From Candidatus Eremiobacteria bacterium (lineage in GTDB: Bacteria; Vulcanimicrobiota; Vulcanimicrobiia; Vulcanimicrobiales; Vulcanimicrobiaceae), in the NCBI GenBank assembly GCA_963737065.1, contig CAVTRC010000002.1, forward strand, positions 480,001 through 544,000: 64,000 bases of DNA, read 5' to 3'. Both the position numbers and the translations under genes were made by a program. Below the pieces are notes generated by a model. That model made no database searches and was not told where the DNA came from. It saw only the letters and a program-made list of their open reading frames with translations. Numbering within the stretch: the first letter of the stretch is position 1; each line of letters starts with the position of its first letter. Positions 48,167 to 58,239 of this stretch are shown here, piece by piece.

Positions 48167-48816
48167 ATCGGTTCAACCTCAGCGGGCGAACCGGCGCGCG
48201 CCTTCTCCGCCTTGTGCCGGTAGATTTGGGCGAGCAACGTTTCCGCGTCGTTGATGCCGGGCGACGTTTCGAGCGTTTCGCGAATCATCGCTTCCGCCTC
48301 GGCGCGCTTGTATTCGAGTTGAAGAAGCACCGCCGTCGCTTCCTCTGCGAAGTCGGGCATCGGCGCTTGCGGCGCCGGCTGCGCATCCTGAATGAGCAGA
48401 AACTTTGCGACTTTTCCTTGCAGTTTCGCGACGATATCGCGTGCCTTCTGCTGACCGATGCCCGGGAGGGTTTTGAGATACGCGTGATCGCCGCGATCGA
48501 TGGCTCCGGCGATGTGCGACATCGGCTGGGAAAACGCGCGCGCGGCAGAACGTGGGCCGATCGATGCGACGCTCAGTAATGCCTCGAAGAACTCGCGTTC
48601 GATCGCGTTCGTGAATCCATAGAACGTGAAATGACCGCTGTTGCCGTCCATGTTGAGCACGGAAAAGACTTCGAGCGTGACGAGCTGACCGGACGGCGCG
48701 ACCACTTTTTCCGCGACGCAAGGCGGGAGTACCACATCGTAGCCAAGGCCGTTCACGTCGAGGACGATGCTCTCGCCGCTGCGGTCGACGAGCGTTCCGC
48801 TAATACGTGAGAACAT
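48163..48816 (-). CDS. ruvA: Holliday junction protein RuvA
   Basis: DVNGLGY, YGF, IGP..A and PGIG..KA helix-hairpin-helix motifs; lies between ruvC and ruvB. Confidence 0.93.
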   Translation of the reverse strand: MFSRISGTLVDRSGESIVLDVNGLGYDVVLPPCVAEKVVAPSGQLVTLEVFSVLNMDGNSGHFTFYGFTNAIEREFFEALLSVASIGPRSAARAFSQPMSHIAGAIDRGDHAYLKTLPGIGQQKARDIVAKLQGKVAKFLLIQDAQPAPQAPMPDFAEEATAVLLQLEYKRAEAEAMIRETLETSPGINDAETLLAQIYRHKAEKARAGSPAEVEPI

Positions 48817-49288
48817 GATCGGAAATATTCATATACGCGAGCGCGATCGCAAGCGCATCGGACACGTCGTTCGGCTTCGGCGCCGTTGCGAGATCCAACA
48901 ACCGCGTCACCATCGCATTGACTTGGTTTTTGCGCGCAGCGCCCGATCCGACGAGCGCGCGTTTCACGTGCGCATGCCCGAGCGTGTGAACCGGGACCCG
49001 CGCCTGCGCGCTCGCGAGGCACATCACGCCGCGCGCATGACCCATGAGAATCGCCGTCATGGGGTTCTTGTACGTCGTGTAGAGTTCTTCGATGACCACC
49101 ACGTCGGGGCTCGTTTCCGCGAGAATGGCCCGCACTCCGTCGTGCAGTTCGGCGAGCCGCTCTTCCAACGTGCGATCGGTTCGCGGGGCGACCACACCGG
49201 CTTCGATCAATTTGATGCCCGTATCTGTACGTTCGATCACGCCGTAACCGGTTACGCGCAACGCCGGGTCGATTCCCAGAACGCGCAC
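48800..49288 (-). CDS. ruvC: Crossover junction endonuclease RuvC
   Basis: LGIDP...TGYGVI, VIEE, ARGV, DVSDALAIA motifs. Confidence 0.95.
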   Translation of the reverse strand: MRVLGIDPALRVTGYGVIERTDTGIKLIEAGVVAPRTDRTLEERLAELHDGVRAILAETSPDVVVIEELYTTYKNPMTAILMGHARGVMCLASAQARVPVHTLGHAHVKRALVGSGAARKNQVNAMVTRLLDLATAPKPNDVSDALAIALAYMNISDHVLTY

Positions 49289-49325
49289 GTGGGGACGCCT
49301 CGAAGAAACGGCGCTGCGCGCGTCC

Positions 49326-51407
49326 CTAATGGTTGACTCCGTTTACGACGAGCGTCAGCCCCGATCCGGGCGGGAGGTTCGTTCCGGCGAGCGGGATCGT
49401 TCGCACGGCTTTACCGTCCGCGCCTTCCGCGCTCGTGTACTGAATCTGGGTTACGCGGTAGCCGTAGCTCATCAGGAGCGCCTCGGCATCCTGCATGCTC
49501 AAGCCGTTCGTGTCCGGAACTTCGCCGTTGGTCGAGAGCACGATCGTTACGGTCGAGTTCGCCGGCGCCTGCGCTCCGGATGCGGGTTGCTGATCGACGA
49601 TATAGCCGTTGTTGCTCAGTTGCGTGCTGTATTTGACGATCGGCGTGAATCCGGCGCCGTTGAGTTCGTTCATCGCATCCTGATAGCGGTCGTTGACGAC
49701 GTCCGGCACGGAACTCATTTCGCCGGAATTGCTGAGACCCGCTCCATTGCTGACGGTCGCGTGGACCGTCGCTCCGCGGTCGACCGACGTTCCCGGCGCG
49801 AGATCTTGCGCCGCCACTTGCCCGCTAGGCGCGTTCGGATACGCGGCGCGTTGCGAGGTATCCAAGGCGATCCCGTTCTTTTTTGCAAGCGACGTCGCTT
49901 CGTCTACGGTAAGACCAATGAACGACGGCACCTTCACCGACTCGGGTCCTTGCGAAACGATCAGCGTTACGATGCTCGCTTTGCGCAAGCGGGTTCCGGC
50001 CTTCGGATCCTGATCGACGACCGCGTCGATTGGCGCGTTGTCGTATTTCTTGGCGACCTTCACGTTGAAGCCGTCGTCTTGGAGGATGCGTTGCGCGTCT
50101 TGCGCGTTGAAGTCGCGAACGTCGCGTAATCCGACGGTCGGCAGACCGTTGCTGACGACGAGTTCGATCGTGGCGTTCTTCTGAACGCTCGATCCCGCAG
50201 GCGGGTTTTGGCGGATGATGTGATTCGCCGCTACCGTATCGCTGGAGGTTTTGATGAAGCGCGCCACGAGTCCGGCATTCACGACCGCCGCTTGCGCTTG
50301 GCTGTCAGTCATGTTGGTGTAGTCGCCGACTTTGATCGTCACGCCCGCAACCGGTAATGACATCGCATTGCGTCCGAAGAGATAGTAGCCGACGGCCGTT
50401 GCGAGAACTGCGAGCATCGCAAGGACGACGATCGCACCGCCGCCCATTCGCGAACGGCGTTCTTCTTCTTCGCTGATCGACGTGTAGCCGCGATCGGGCA
50501 TCGGCGAGCGGCGCGGCGGAGGGACGGCGCGCAACGTTTGCGTCGGCGCATCATCGCTGATCGAATACGCAGCGACGCTTGGCCGCTCCCGAGCTTGACG
50601 CAGCGCGGTCGCGACCTCGCTTGCCGATGAGAATCGATTCTCCGGACGTTTTTGCAGTAACTTATTGACGATCGCCGCAAGCGCCGGTGAAACGCCGAGA
50701 TTCTTTGTGTCCAGTGACGGCACCGGATCGCCGATGTGCTTGAGCGCAACCGTTACCGGTGACTCGCCGTTGTACGGCAAGTCGCCCGTCAACATCTGAT
50801 AGAGCACGACGCCGACGCTGTAAAGGTCCGAAGCTTCATTGAGTTCGTGACCCTGCGCTTGTTCGGGTGAAATATAGAAGACGCTGCCCATGACGAGGCC
50901 GGGCTTCGTAAGCGCCATGGTGTGTTGCGAAACCGCGCGCGCGATGCCGAAATCCGAAAGCTTCACGACGTCGTCTTTGGTTACGAGGACGTTCGCCGGC
51001 TTGATGTCGCGATGGAGCAGCCCTTGGCGGTGCGCGTACGCGAGTCCGTTGCAAACTTGCGCCGCATAATCGATCGCGACGTCTTCGGGGAGTTTTCCGT
51101 CGGCGGAAATGATCTCCGCAAGCGACGGTCCATCGACGAGTTCCATCACGATGTAGTAGGTGTCGGCTTCACGCCCGACGTCGTACGTATTGACGATGTT
51201 GGGATGTGAAAGACGCGCGGCGGATTCGGCTTCTTGATAGAACCGCCGGACGAATTCCGCGTCCGCGGCGTACTGCGAGCGCAAAACCTTAATCGCGACC
51301 CGGCGGCGCAGCAGCGTATCCGTGCCGCTATACACGGTGGCCATACCGCCTTCACCCAACTTGCGATCGAGTCGATATCGGTTGTTGAAGGTCTGTTGCT
51401 CGATCAA
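49326..51407 (-). CDS. pknB: PASTA-domain Ser/Thr protein kinase (PknB/PrkC type)
   Basis: LGEGGMA, HRDIKPAN, DFGIA, SPEQA, one TM helix and about five PASTA repeats. Confidence 0.92.
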   Translation of the reverse strand: MIEQQTFNNRYRLDRKLGEGGMATVYSGTDTLLRRRVAIKVLRSQYAADAEFVRRFYQEAESAARLSHPNIVNTYDVGREADTYYIVMELVDGPSLAEIISADGKLPEDVAIDYAAQVCNGLAYAHRQGLLHRDIKPANVLVTKDDVVKLSDFGIARAVSQHTMALTKPGLVMGSVFYISPEQAQGHELNEASDLYSVGVVLYQMLTGDLPYNGESPVTVALKHIGDPVPSLDTKNLGVSPALAAIVNKLLQKRPENRFSSASEVATALRQARERPSVAAYSISDDAPTQTLRAVPPPRRSPMPDRGYTSISEEEERRSRMGGGAIVVLAMLAVLATAVGYYLFGRNAMSLPVAGVTIKVGDYTNMTDSQAQAAVVNAGLVARFIKTSSDTVAANHIIRQNPPAGSSVQKNATIELVVSNGLPTVGLRDVRDFNAQDAQRILQDDGFNVKVAKKYDNAPIDAVVDQDPKAGTRLRKASIVTLIVSQGPESVKVPSFIGLTVDEATSLAKKNGIALDTSQRAAYPNAPSGQVAAQDLAPGTSVDRGATVHATVSNGAGLSNSGEMSSVPDVVNDRYQDAMNELNGAGFTPIVKYSTQLSNNGYIVDQQPASGAQAPANSTVTIVLSTNGEVPDTNGLSMQDAEALLMSYGYRVTQIQYTSAEGADGKAVRTIPLAGTNLPPGSGLTLVVNGVNH

Positions 51408-51425
51408 AGTAAGGGCGACTCCGTA

Positions 51426-52832
51426 CTAATCCTTCACGACGGCGAGCGCTTCGCGCAGCACGTTGCGCGCGATTGGGGCCGCGACGTCTGCCCCATACCC
51501 GCCGTTTTCCACGATGACGGCGACCGCGATGCGCGGACGGTTCGCCGGTGCGAAACAGACGAACCACGAGTGCGCGGCCCCGTGCGGATTCGTCGCGGTC
51601 CCCGTCTTTCCGGCAACTTGCACGTTGGGAAGCTGAGCAATCGTTCCCGTACCGCGTGTAACCACAGCGATCATCATGTTCTTCACGCTTGCAGCGGTGT
51701 CCGCCGACACGGGGCTCGCAAGGTTTCCGCTTGGTGTAACGGTGGCCGCCCTGCCGTCGCGCACGATTTGGCGCACGATGTACGGACGCGGCATGTTACC
51801 GTCGTCCGCGATCGTCGACGCGATAAGCGCCATCTGCAGCGGTGTCATCAGGAGCGCCCCCTGACCGAAACCCATCTGCGCGAGCTCGCCGGGAACGACC
51901 GACGTTTTCGGCGGCACGCGATCGGTCTGCGACGGAAGCTGAAAATCGAGCGAAGATCCGATGCCCCACTTATCGAGATACTGATAGAACAGGTCCGTGC
52001 CCATTTTGAGCGCGATCTGCGCGAAGTCGACGTTACTCGAGAGTGCGAACGCGTTGGTGAGGTCCTGGTAGCCGGTGGCTTCGCCTTCGTTGTCGTGCAG
52101 CGTGAAGTCGCCGACAACGTAGTATCCCGGATCCTCAAAGTGCGAGTCCATCGTGACCGTACCGCCGTCGAGCGCGGATGCGGCCGTGAAGATTTTAAAG
52201 GTCGAGCCCGGCGGATAGAGGCCGTCTATGGCGCGATTGAGCAACGGGCTCTGCGGATCGGCATTGAGTGATGCGAAGCTTTGGTCGAGGTCGTTCGGAT
52301 CGAAGCTCGGAACGCTCGCGAGCGCGAGCACCGCGCCGGAGCGCGGATCGAGCACGACGACTGCGCCCCGCTCGTGCGCGGAAAGTTCTTGCCATGCTTG
52401 CGATTGAATCGCCGGCACGATCGTCGTCACGACGTCGGCGCCGTGCACCTGCGACGTCTTCCCTTGTACCGATGCGATCAGTTCGTCCAATTGTGCGATC
52501 GGGTCGCCCGTCGTATCGGGCGGGGTGAGCGCGCGATCGTACGCGTCTTCGATACCGCTCGTGCCGTAGCGCGCCGAGACGTATCCGAGCGTCTGCGCGA
52601 GCGATTCGCCGTACGGATAGACGCGCTGCTTTCGGACGGTATTCGCCAGCACCGTGCCGTCCGTTGCGAGAATGCGCCCGCGGCGCGAATCAAGAAGCGC
52701 GTGTCTCGGATTGTACGGCTTCGCCGCGATATCGGGCCCTTTGATCGTCATGATGTATGCTTGCCGCGCGGCGAGCAGCACGAAAAGCGCGACGAAGAGC
52801 GTCGCGAGCGCGGAGATCGCGCGGTTTGTCAC
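51426..52832 (-). CDS. Class B penicillin-binding protein (PbpA-like)
   Basis: RGRIL..DG, PGSTFK (SxxK), SSN, KTGT motifs. Confidence 0.9.
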   Translation of the reverse strand: MTNRAISALATLFVALFVLLAARQAYIMTIKGPDIAAKPYNPRHALLDSRRGRILATDGTVLANTVRKQRVYPYGESLAQTLGYVSARYGTSGIEDAYDRALTPPDTTGDPIAQLDELIASVQGKTSQVHGADVVTTIVPAIQSQAWQELSAHERGAVVVLDPRSGAVLALASVPSFDPNDLDQSFASLNADPQSPLLNRAIDGLYPPGSTFKIFTAASALDGGTVTMDSHFEDPGYYVVGDFTLHDNEGEATGYQDLTNAFALSSNVDFAQIALKMGTDLFYQYLDKWGIGSSLDFQLPSQTDRVPPKTSVVPGELAQMGFGQGALLMTPLQMALIASTIADDGNMPRPYIVRQIVRDGRAATVTPSGNLASPVSADTAASVKNMMIAVVTRGTGTIAQLPNVQVAGKTGTATNPHGAAHSWFVCFAPANRPRIAVAVIVENGGYGADVAAPIARNVLREALAVVKD

Positions 52833-53581
52833 AGCTCGCGCAAGACCGTGAAGCCGTCGCCGGTGCGCACGGCCATATGAGGACGCTGTGGTTCGGACTC
52901 GAGCAGAAGGTTGATGATTTTCGCCGCGGTCTCTTCGACGATTGCATTCGTCGCAAGCACGACTTCGACGTTCATCTCGGCAAGGAGCTGCGGCGCGACG
53001 TACGCGCAGGTCGGCAGCGTGTCGAAATGGCGATCCTCATAGGCGCCGTCACGCCACGGGCCACGCCGGCCGAAGACCTGCGAATGGTAATCCCATGCGC
53101 AGAGTTGCTTCTCTTTCCAGACGAATTCGTCTTTCACGCACAGGCGCCGGCACGTCGCGCATTGCACGATTGCCGCCGGGGGATGACTCAAGCCTTCCGC
53201 GATCTCTTCCGGAACGTCTTCGATGTTCAGCACCGATTCGTCGGTGAGTTTTTCGGGCAGTTCGGCGTGCCATTGCACGCGTGCGAGCAGTTCGATGTCG
53301 CGCATCGGCGCCACGAACGCGCGCTCGTCTTCCGGCGGAAATGAACGATCGACCCAATCGAGCAAACCGTGTAGCGCGATGCCGACGTTTTGCCAGCTGC
53401 TGCCGATCACGACGCCGAGCGGCGTCCACGCAACAGGAACGAGGCGCGCGGTAATCCCGCCGTCTTCCGTTCGAAAGCTATTCGTGAAGCCGAGATTGCT
53501 GCCCGAGCCGCCCAAGACGAACACGTGGGGTTCGTCTTTGAGGTCGAGCGTGCGCTCGAGCGGCGTCGAGAGCTTGCGCAT
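52829..53581 (-). CDS. Hypothetical protein with a Cys/His cluster
   Basis: CATCRRLC..LCAWDYH; tightly packed between carB and the PBP gene. Confidence 0.7.
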   Translation of the reverse strand: MRKLSTPLERTLDLKDEPHVFVLGGSGSNLGFTNSFRTEDGGITARLVPVAWTPLGVVIGSSWQNVGIALHGLLDWVDRSFPPEDERAFVAPMRDIELLARVQWHAELPEKLTDESVLNIEDVPEEIAEGLSHPPAAIVQCATCRRLCVKDEFVWKEKQLCAWDYHSQVFGRRGPWRDGAYEDRHFDTLPTCAYVAPQLLAEMNVEVVLATNAIVEETAAKIINLLLESEPQRPHMAVRTGDGFTVLREL

Positions 53582-53594
53582 TCTTCCGCGCTCC

Positions 53595-56500
53595 CTAAAC
53601 TTCAACGCCTGCTGCGCTACGATACTCCTGCAGTGAACGCGGCGGACCGGGGACGGTTTCCAGTGCGGTGACGAGCGCTTTCGCGGTATCGAGTGACGTG
53701 AGACATGCGATGCCGCTTTCGACGGCGGCGCGGCGGATGCGATAACCGTCGGAGATTTCGCGCGGACCCTTGGCGTCGTTGATCACGAGATCTACCTTGC
53801 GCTGCTGGATCACATCGAGTACGTGCGGCGAGCCGTCGGAAATCTTGTTGATCGCTTCAGACGCGATTCCAGCCGCCTGAAGCACCGCGCGTGTGCCGGG
53901 CGTTGCAACGAGCGTGTGGCCGAGATCGGCATAACGCCGAAGAGTCGGCAGCGCTGCGTATTTCTCTTCATCGGCGATCGATACCAGAATCCGGCCACCG
54001 CTTCCCGGCAAACGCACGCCCGCGGCGAGAAATCCCTTGCGCAACGCGCCCGCGAAAGTGTCATCGATTCCGAGCACTTCGCCCGTTGATTTCATCTCCG
54101 GACCGAGAATCGTTTCGACGCCGCGCATCTTCGAGAACGAAAACACCGGCACTTTCACGACGACGTACGGAGTGCGCGGATGCAATCCGGTCCCGTATTC
54201 CATGTCGCGCAGTTTTTCGCCGAGCGCGATGCGCGTAGCCGCCGCGACCATATTGACACCCGTCGCTTTTTGAATGATAGGTACCGTGCGGCTTGCACGC
54301 GGATTCGCTTCGATGATGTAGAGATCGCCTTCGTGCACGACGAACTGAATATTGATCAGACCGCGAATGCGAAGCTCCGAGGCGATCGCGGTCGTCACGT
54401 CGACGATCCGCTGCGTCATCTCGTCGTCGATCGTCTGCGTCGGATAGACGCTGATGGAATCGCCGGAATGAATGCCGGCGCGTTCGATGTGCTCGAAGAT
54501 GCCGGGAATCAGAATGTCCTCCCCGTCGAAGACGGCGTCGACTTCGACTTCCAGTCCGCGCAGATACTTATCCACGAGCAGCGGCGCGCCGGGAAGAATC
54601 GGGGGCGCCGACTCCGCGTATGACGCGAGCTGTCCTTCGTTATAGATAATCTCCATCGCCCGGCCGCCGAGGACGAAACTCGGGCGCACGAGAACCGGAA
54701 ATCCGAGTTCGCGCGCAAACACGCGCGCTTCGCGGAAGCTCGTTGCCGCGCGTCCCAGCGGGCGCGCGACGCCCAAGCGCTGGAGCGCCGCGTCAAACTG
54801 AGCGCGATCTTCGGCCATGTCGAGGCTCGCACGGTCACTCCCGATGATGCGCACGTCGCGCCGCGACAGCTCAGCGGCAAGATTGATTGCCGTCTGTCCG
54901 CCGAACGTCAGCATCACACCGCTCGCATTCGTCCCGTGGTACGTCGCCTCGACTTCGTCCGGACCCGGCGGCTCGAACACGAGCACGTCGGAAATATCGA
55001 AGTCGGTCGAAACCGTTTCCGGATTGTTATTGATGACCACCGGCGATTTTCCGGCGTTGCGCAATGCCCATGCGGCGTGCACGCAGCTGTAATCGAATTC
55101 GATGCCTTGACCGATGCGAATCGGTCCGCTGCCGACGACGACGACCGCCTCGTGCGGACTGCGCCGGATCTCATCCATCTCGCCATGCGAAAGATAGTAG
55201 TACGGCGAGCGCGCGGGGAATTCTGCGGCGGCGGTGTCGACCATGCGGAACGACGGCTCGCCGGGCTCGATCGGCGCTCCGCTTTCTTCGGCTTCGACGA
55301 TCGCGGCGATCTCATACAACCAAAACCGGTCGATTGCGCAGAGCGCGTGAACCCGTTCGATTGCCGCATCCACCGCGCTCGTCGCGGTGCGAGCCGATCG
55401 CACGAACGCACGGCGCAAAACCTCCGCGACGGCAAACAGCCGTTCATCGGTCGGTTTGGCGATGATCTCTTCGAGTTCGGCGATGCTCCACTCCGTGTAC
55501 TCGCCGCCGGTCAACCGGTCGCGTTTGAGATCGAGCCCACGCACGGCTTTAATGAGTGCGGAGCGGAACGTGCGGCCGATGCCCATCGCTTCACCGGTCG
55601 ACTTCATCTGCGTGCCGAGCAGCGTGTCCGCGAGGGGAAACTTATCGAACGGCCAGCGCGGAATCTTCACGACACAATAGTCGAGCGTCGGTTCGTACGC
55701 TGCTTTCGTGACGCCCGTAACCGGGTTCGGAATCTCGTCGAGCGTTTGCCCGAGCGCGATGCGGGTCGATATCTTTGCAATCGGATAACCCGTCGCTTTC
55801 GACGCGAGCGCGGAACTTCGCGAGACGCGCGGGTTCACTTCGATGATCGCGTACTGCGCGCTCGTGGGATGCAGCGCAAACTGAATGTTACAGCCGCCTT
55901 GCACGTTGAGCGCGCGAATCACGTTGAGCGACGCGCTGCGCAGCACCTGATACTCGACGTCGGTTAGCGTTTGCGAGGGCGCGACGACGATCGAGTCGCC
56001 CGTGTGCACGCCGACCGGGTCGATGTTCTCCATGTTGCAGACGATGATGCAGTTGTCCACGCCGTCACGCAGCACTTCATACTCGATCTCTTTCCATCCC
56101 AAGAGCGACGTTTCGAGCAGCGCCTGATGGATCAGCGAAGCGTTCAACCCGGCATCGAGGCGCTCGCGCAGCTCGTCTTCGTTGTAGACGACGCCGCCGC
56201 CGGTGCCGCCGAGCGTGTACGCCGGGCGAACGACGAGCGGATAACCCGCGCGTTGCGCAAAAACGACGCCATGTTCGACGGATGTAACGATCTCGCTTTC
56301 GGCGACCGGCTCGCCGATCTCGATCATTTTCTCTTTGAACCGCTGGCGATCTTCAGCGAGTTTGATCGTGTCGACCGGCGTACCGAGCAACTCGACACCA
56401 TGACGCGTGAGGACGCCGGCGTCATCGAGTTCAACGGCAAGATTCAACCCCGTTTGTCCACCGAGCGTCGGCAAAAGCGCGTCAGGACGCTCGCGCGCAA

Positions 56501-56720
56501 TGATCTGCTCGACCGATGCAACCGTAAGCGGCTCGAGATAGACCGCATCTGCTACGTCGGGATCCGTCATGATCGTCGCGGGGTTGGAATTGACGAGGAC
56601 GACGCGGTGGCCTTCCTCGCGAAGCGCGCGGCATGCCTGAACGCCCGCGTAATCGAATTCGGCGGCCTGACCGATGATGATCGGTCCCGAGCCGATGACC
56701 ATGATATTACGGCGGGCCAT
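53595..56720 (-). CDS. carB: Carbamoyl-phosphate synthase large subunit
   Basis: GSGPIIIGQAAEFDY, NSNPATIMTD, EVNPRVSRSSALASKATG, second ATP-grasp half and MGS domain. Confidence 0.98.
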   Translation of the reverse strand: MARRNIMVIGSGPIIIGQAAEFDYAGVQACRALREEGHRVVLVNSNPATIMTDPDVADAVYLEPLTVASVEQIIARERPDALLPTLGGQTGLNLAVELDDAGVLTRHGVELLGTPVDTIKLAEDRQRFKEKMIEIGEPVAESEIVTSVEHGVVFAQRAGYPLVVRPAYTLGGTGGGVVYNEDELRERLDAGLNASLIHQALLETSLLGWKEIEYEVLRDGVDNCIIVCNMENIDPVGVHTGDSIVVAPSQTLTDVEYQVLRSASLNVIRALNVQGGCNIQFALHPTSAQYAIIEVNPRVSRSSALASKATGYPIAKISTRIALGQTLDEIPNPVTGVTKAAYEPTLDYCVVKIPRWPFDKFPLADTLLGTQMKSTGEAMGIGRTFRSALIKAVRGLDLKRDRLTGGEYTEWSIAELEEIIAKPTDERLFAVAEVLRRAFVRSARTATSAVDAAIERVHALCAIDRFWLYEIAAIVEAEESGAPIEPGEPSFRMVDTAAAEFPARSPYYYLSHGEMDEIRRSPHEAVVVVGSGPIRIGQGIEFDYSCVHAAWALRNAGKSPVVINNNPETVSTDFDISDVLVFEPPGPDEVEATYHGTNASGVMLTFGGQTAINLAAELSRRDVRIIGSDRASLDMAEDRAQFDAALQRLGVARPLGRAATSFREARVFARELGFPVLVRPSFVLGGRAMEIIYNEGQLASYAESAPPILPGAPLLVDKYLRGLEVEVDAVFDGEDILIPGIFEHIERAGIHSGDSISVYPTQTIDDEMTQRIVDVTTAIASELRIRGLINIQFVVHEGDLYIIEANPRASRTVPIIQKATGVNMVAAATRIALGEKLRDMEYGTGLHPRTPYVVVKVPVFSFSKMRGVETILGPEMKSTGEVLGIDDTFAGALRKGFLAAGVRLPGSGGRILVSIADEEKYAALPTLRRYADLGHTLVATPGTRAVLQAAGIASEAINKISDGSPHVLDVIQQRKVDLVINDAKGPREISDGYRIRRAAVESGIACLTSLDTAKALVTALETVPGPPRSLQEYRSAAGVEV

Positions 56721-56739
56721 GCTGGGGAGGCTGGATTGG

Positions 56740-57135
56740 CTACGTCACGGTAGCGTGCCTCCCCACATCAAAAACAGCGCTCACACACGTACCTTGTCCT
56801 TCAAGACTGTGGACGTTGACGTGTTCGGCGAAGCGACTCACGAGAAACAAGCCGCGGCCGCTCTCTTGCAGCGGAGCGTCCGGTAACGAGGCGTCGAGTA
56901 CGAAGCCGTCTCCGCGATCGAAGACGTGCAGCAACGCTTTTCCGTCGACGCAGCGTAACTGAATATCAACCGGTCCGCGCGCGTGACGCATAACGTTTCC
57001 GATCAACTCGGTGTAGATGAGCTGCGCGCCGAAATGATCGAAATCGGCCGTCCCGCTCTCGGTGGCAAGCGCAGCCAGGAATTGAGCGCGTTCCTGCAGC
57101 GCATCTTCGGGTTTGTCTGCGTGGAGATGCCACAT
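56740..57135 (-). CDS. RsbW-like ATP-binding (HATPase_c) protein
   Basis: ELIGN..RH, D.G.GF, ESGRGL.LV, GT motifs; RBS GGAG. Confidence 0.85.
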   Translation of the reverse strand: MWHLHADKPEDALQERAQFLAALATESGTADFDHFGAQLIYTELIGNVMRHARGPVDIQLRCVDGKALLHVFDRGDGFVLDASLPDAPLQESGRGLFLVSRFAEHVNVHSLEGQGTCVSAVFDVGRHATVT

Positions 57136-57356
57136 GTACTCCGGGATACCCGCCGCTTCAGCGCGGCAATCCGCGTGCCGTCGCTCAATGTAGCGCTTCC
57201 ACGCCGCTCACATGCATCAGCGTTCGCGCGCGTTCGTTGATGCGCGAACATGCGTCATGCAAGATACGTTGAGATACGCCGCGGCGACGATGCCGGAATA
57301 CTCCGTCGATTCGCAGCGTTGCCGCAGCGCATGCAAGCGTGCCGTAAGCGGTACGT

Positions 57357-57557
57357 TCAGTGGCCCGACGAGTGCCCGCTCTTCTTTAACTCTTCAGCGA
57401 ACTCGGGATTCTTTGCGTCCGCTTCTTGAGAATCGACGCCGGGGTCAGGGCGAAGGTAATGATCCGCTTGCTCGCGCGCCGGCGGGTGCGCGCCCTCGTT
57501 TTCCGTCAAGTCATCCTGAAAGATCTCGCCGTCGCGATCGCGTTTCTGCTCGCTCAT
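57357..57557 (-). CDS. Small acidic hypothetical protein
   Basis: 66 aa, RBS AAGGGGG upstream of ATG, host-like codons. Confidence 0.55.
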   Translation of the reverse strand: MSEQKRDRDGEIFQDDLTENEGAHPPAREQADHYLRPDPGVDSQEADAKNPEFAEELKKSGHSSGH

Positions 57558-57597
57558 ATTGCAAGCGTTCCCCTTTTTCGCGCGCCTCGCTCGGGGT

Positions 57598-58239
57598 CTA
57601 GGGCTGCAAACGCCGGATTTTCCATTCGCGCCCTTCGCGGATGTACTCCAAGCGGTCGTGCATGCGGTTCTCGCGACCTTGCCAGAATTCGAAACGGTCG
57701 GGCGCGATCACATATCCGCCCCACGAATGCGGACGCGGAACGTCGTCGCCTTCGAAGCGTTCGGCAAAATCAACGAGGCGTTGGTCGAGCACGTCACGGC
57801 CTTCGACTGCTTCGCCTTGCTCCGACGCCCACGCCGAGAGTTGGTGGCCGCGTGGGCGGGTTGCGAAATATGCGTCCGATTCATCCTCCGGCAATTGCGA
57901 AACCGTGCCTTCAACTCGCACTTGCCGGTGAATCGCAGGCCAGTAGAAGGTCGCCGCGGCGCGCGGATTCTCCGCGATCTGGCGCCCTTTCCGGCTTCCG
58001 TAAGACGTGAAGAACGCGAGTCCTCGTTCGTCCAGTCCGCGTAAGAGGACCATGCGCGCCGATACGCTGCCATCGCGACCAGCGGTTGCAATGCACATCG
58101 CATTGGCTTCCTGAATTGCAGGTGTTGCATACGCGAGTTCGAGCCATTTTCGCAGTTGATCCGTCGGGGTTTGTGACACCGCTGATTCGAGCAGTTCGCT
58201 GCCGCTGTCGTATGCCGCGCGGCTGGATTCCAAGTTCAC
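57598..58239 (-). CDS. pdxH: Pyridoxamine 5'-phosphate oxidase
   Basis: ARMVLL, SRKG, RQVRVEG, YF..RP, WGGY, EFWQG..RMHDR, RLQP. Confidence 0.96.
   Translation of the reverse strand: MNLESSRAAYDSGSELLESAVSQTPTDQLRKWLELAYATPAIQEANAMCIATAGRDGSVSARMVLLRGLDERGLAFFTSYGSRKGRQIAENPRAAATFYWPAIHRQVRVEGTVSQLPEDESDAYFATRPRGHQLSAWASEQGEAVEGRDVLDQRLVDFAERFEGDDVPRPHSWGGYVIAPDRFEFWQGRENRMHDRLEYIREGREWKIRRLQP

Noticed and set aside
57136..57356. PyrR-type attenuator or other ncRNA upstream of the RsbW-like gene and carB
   Set aside because: One hairpin (~57214-57243) and several CATGC words, but no PyrR-binding loop consensus or terminator/antiterminator layout.
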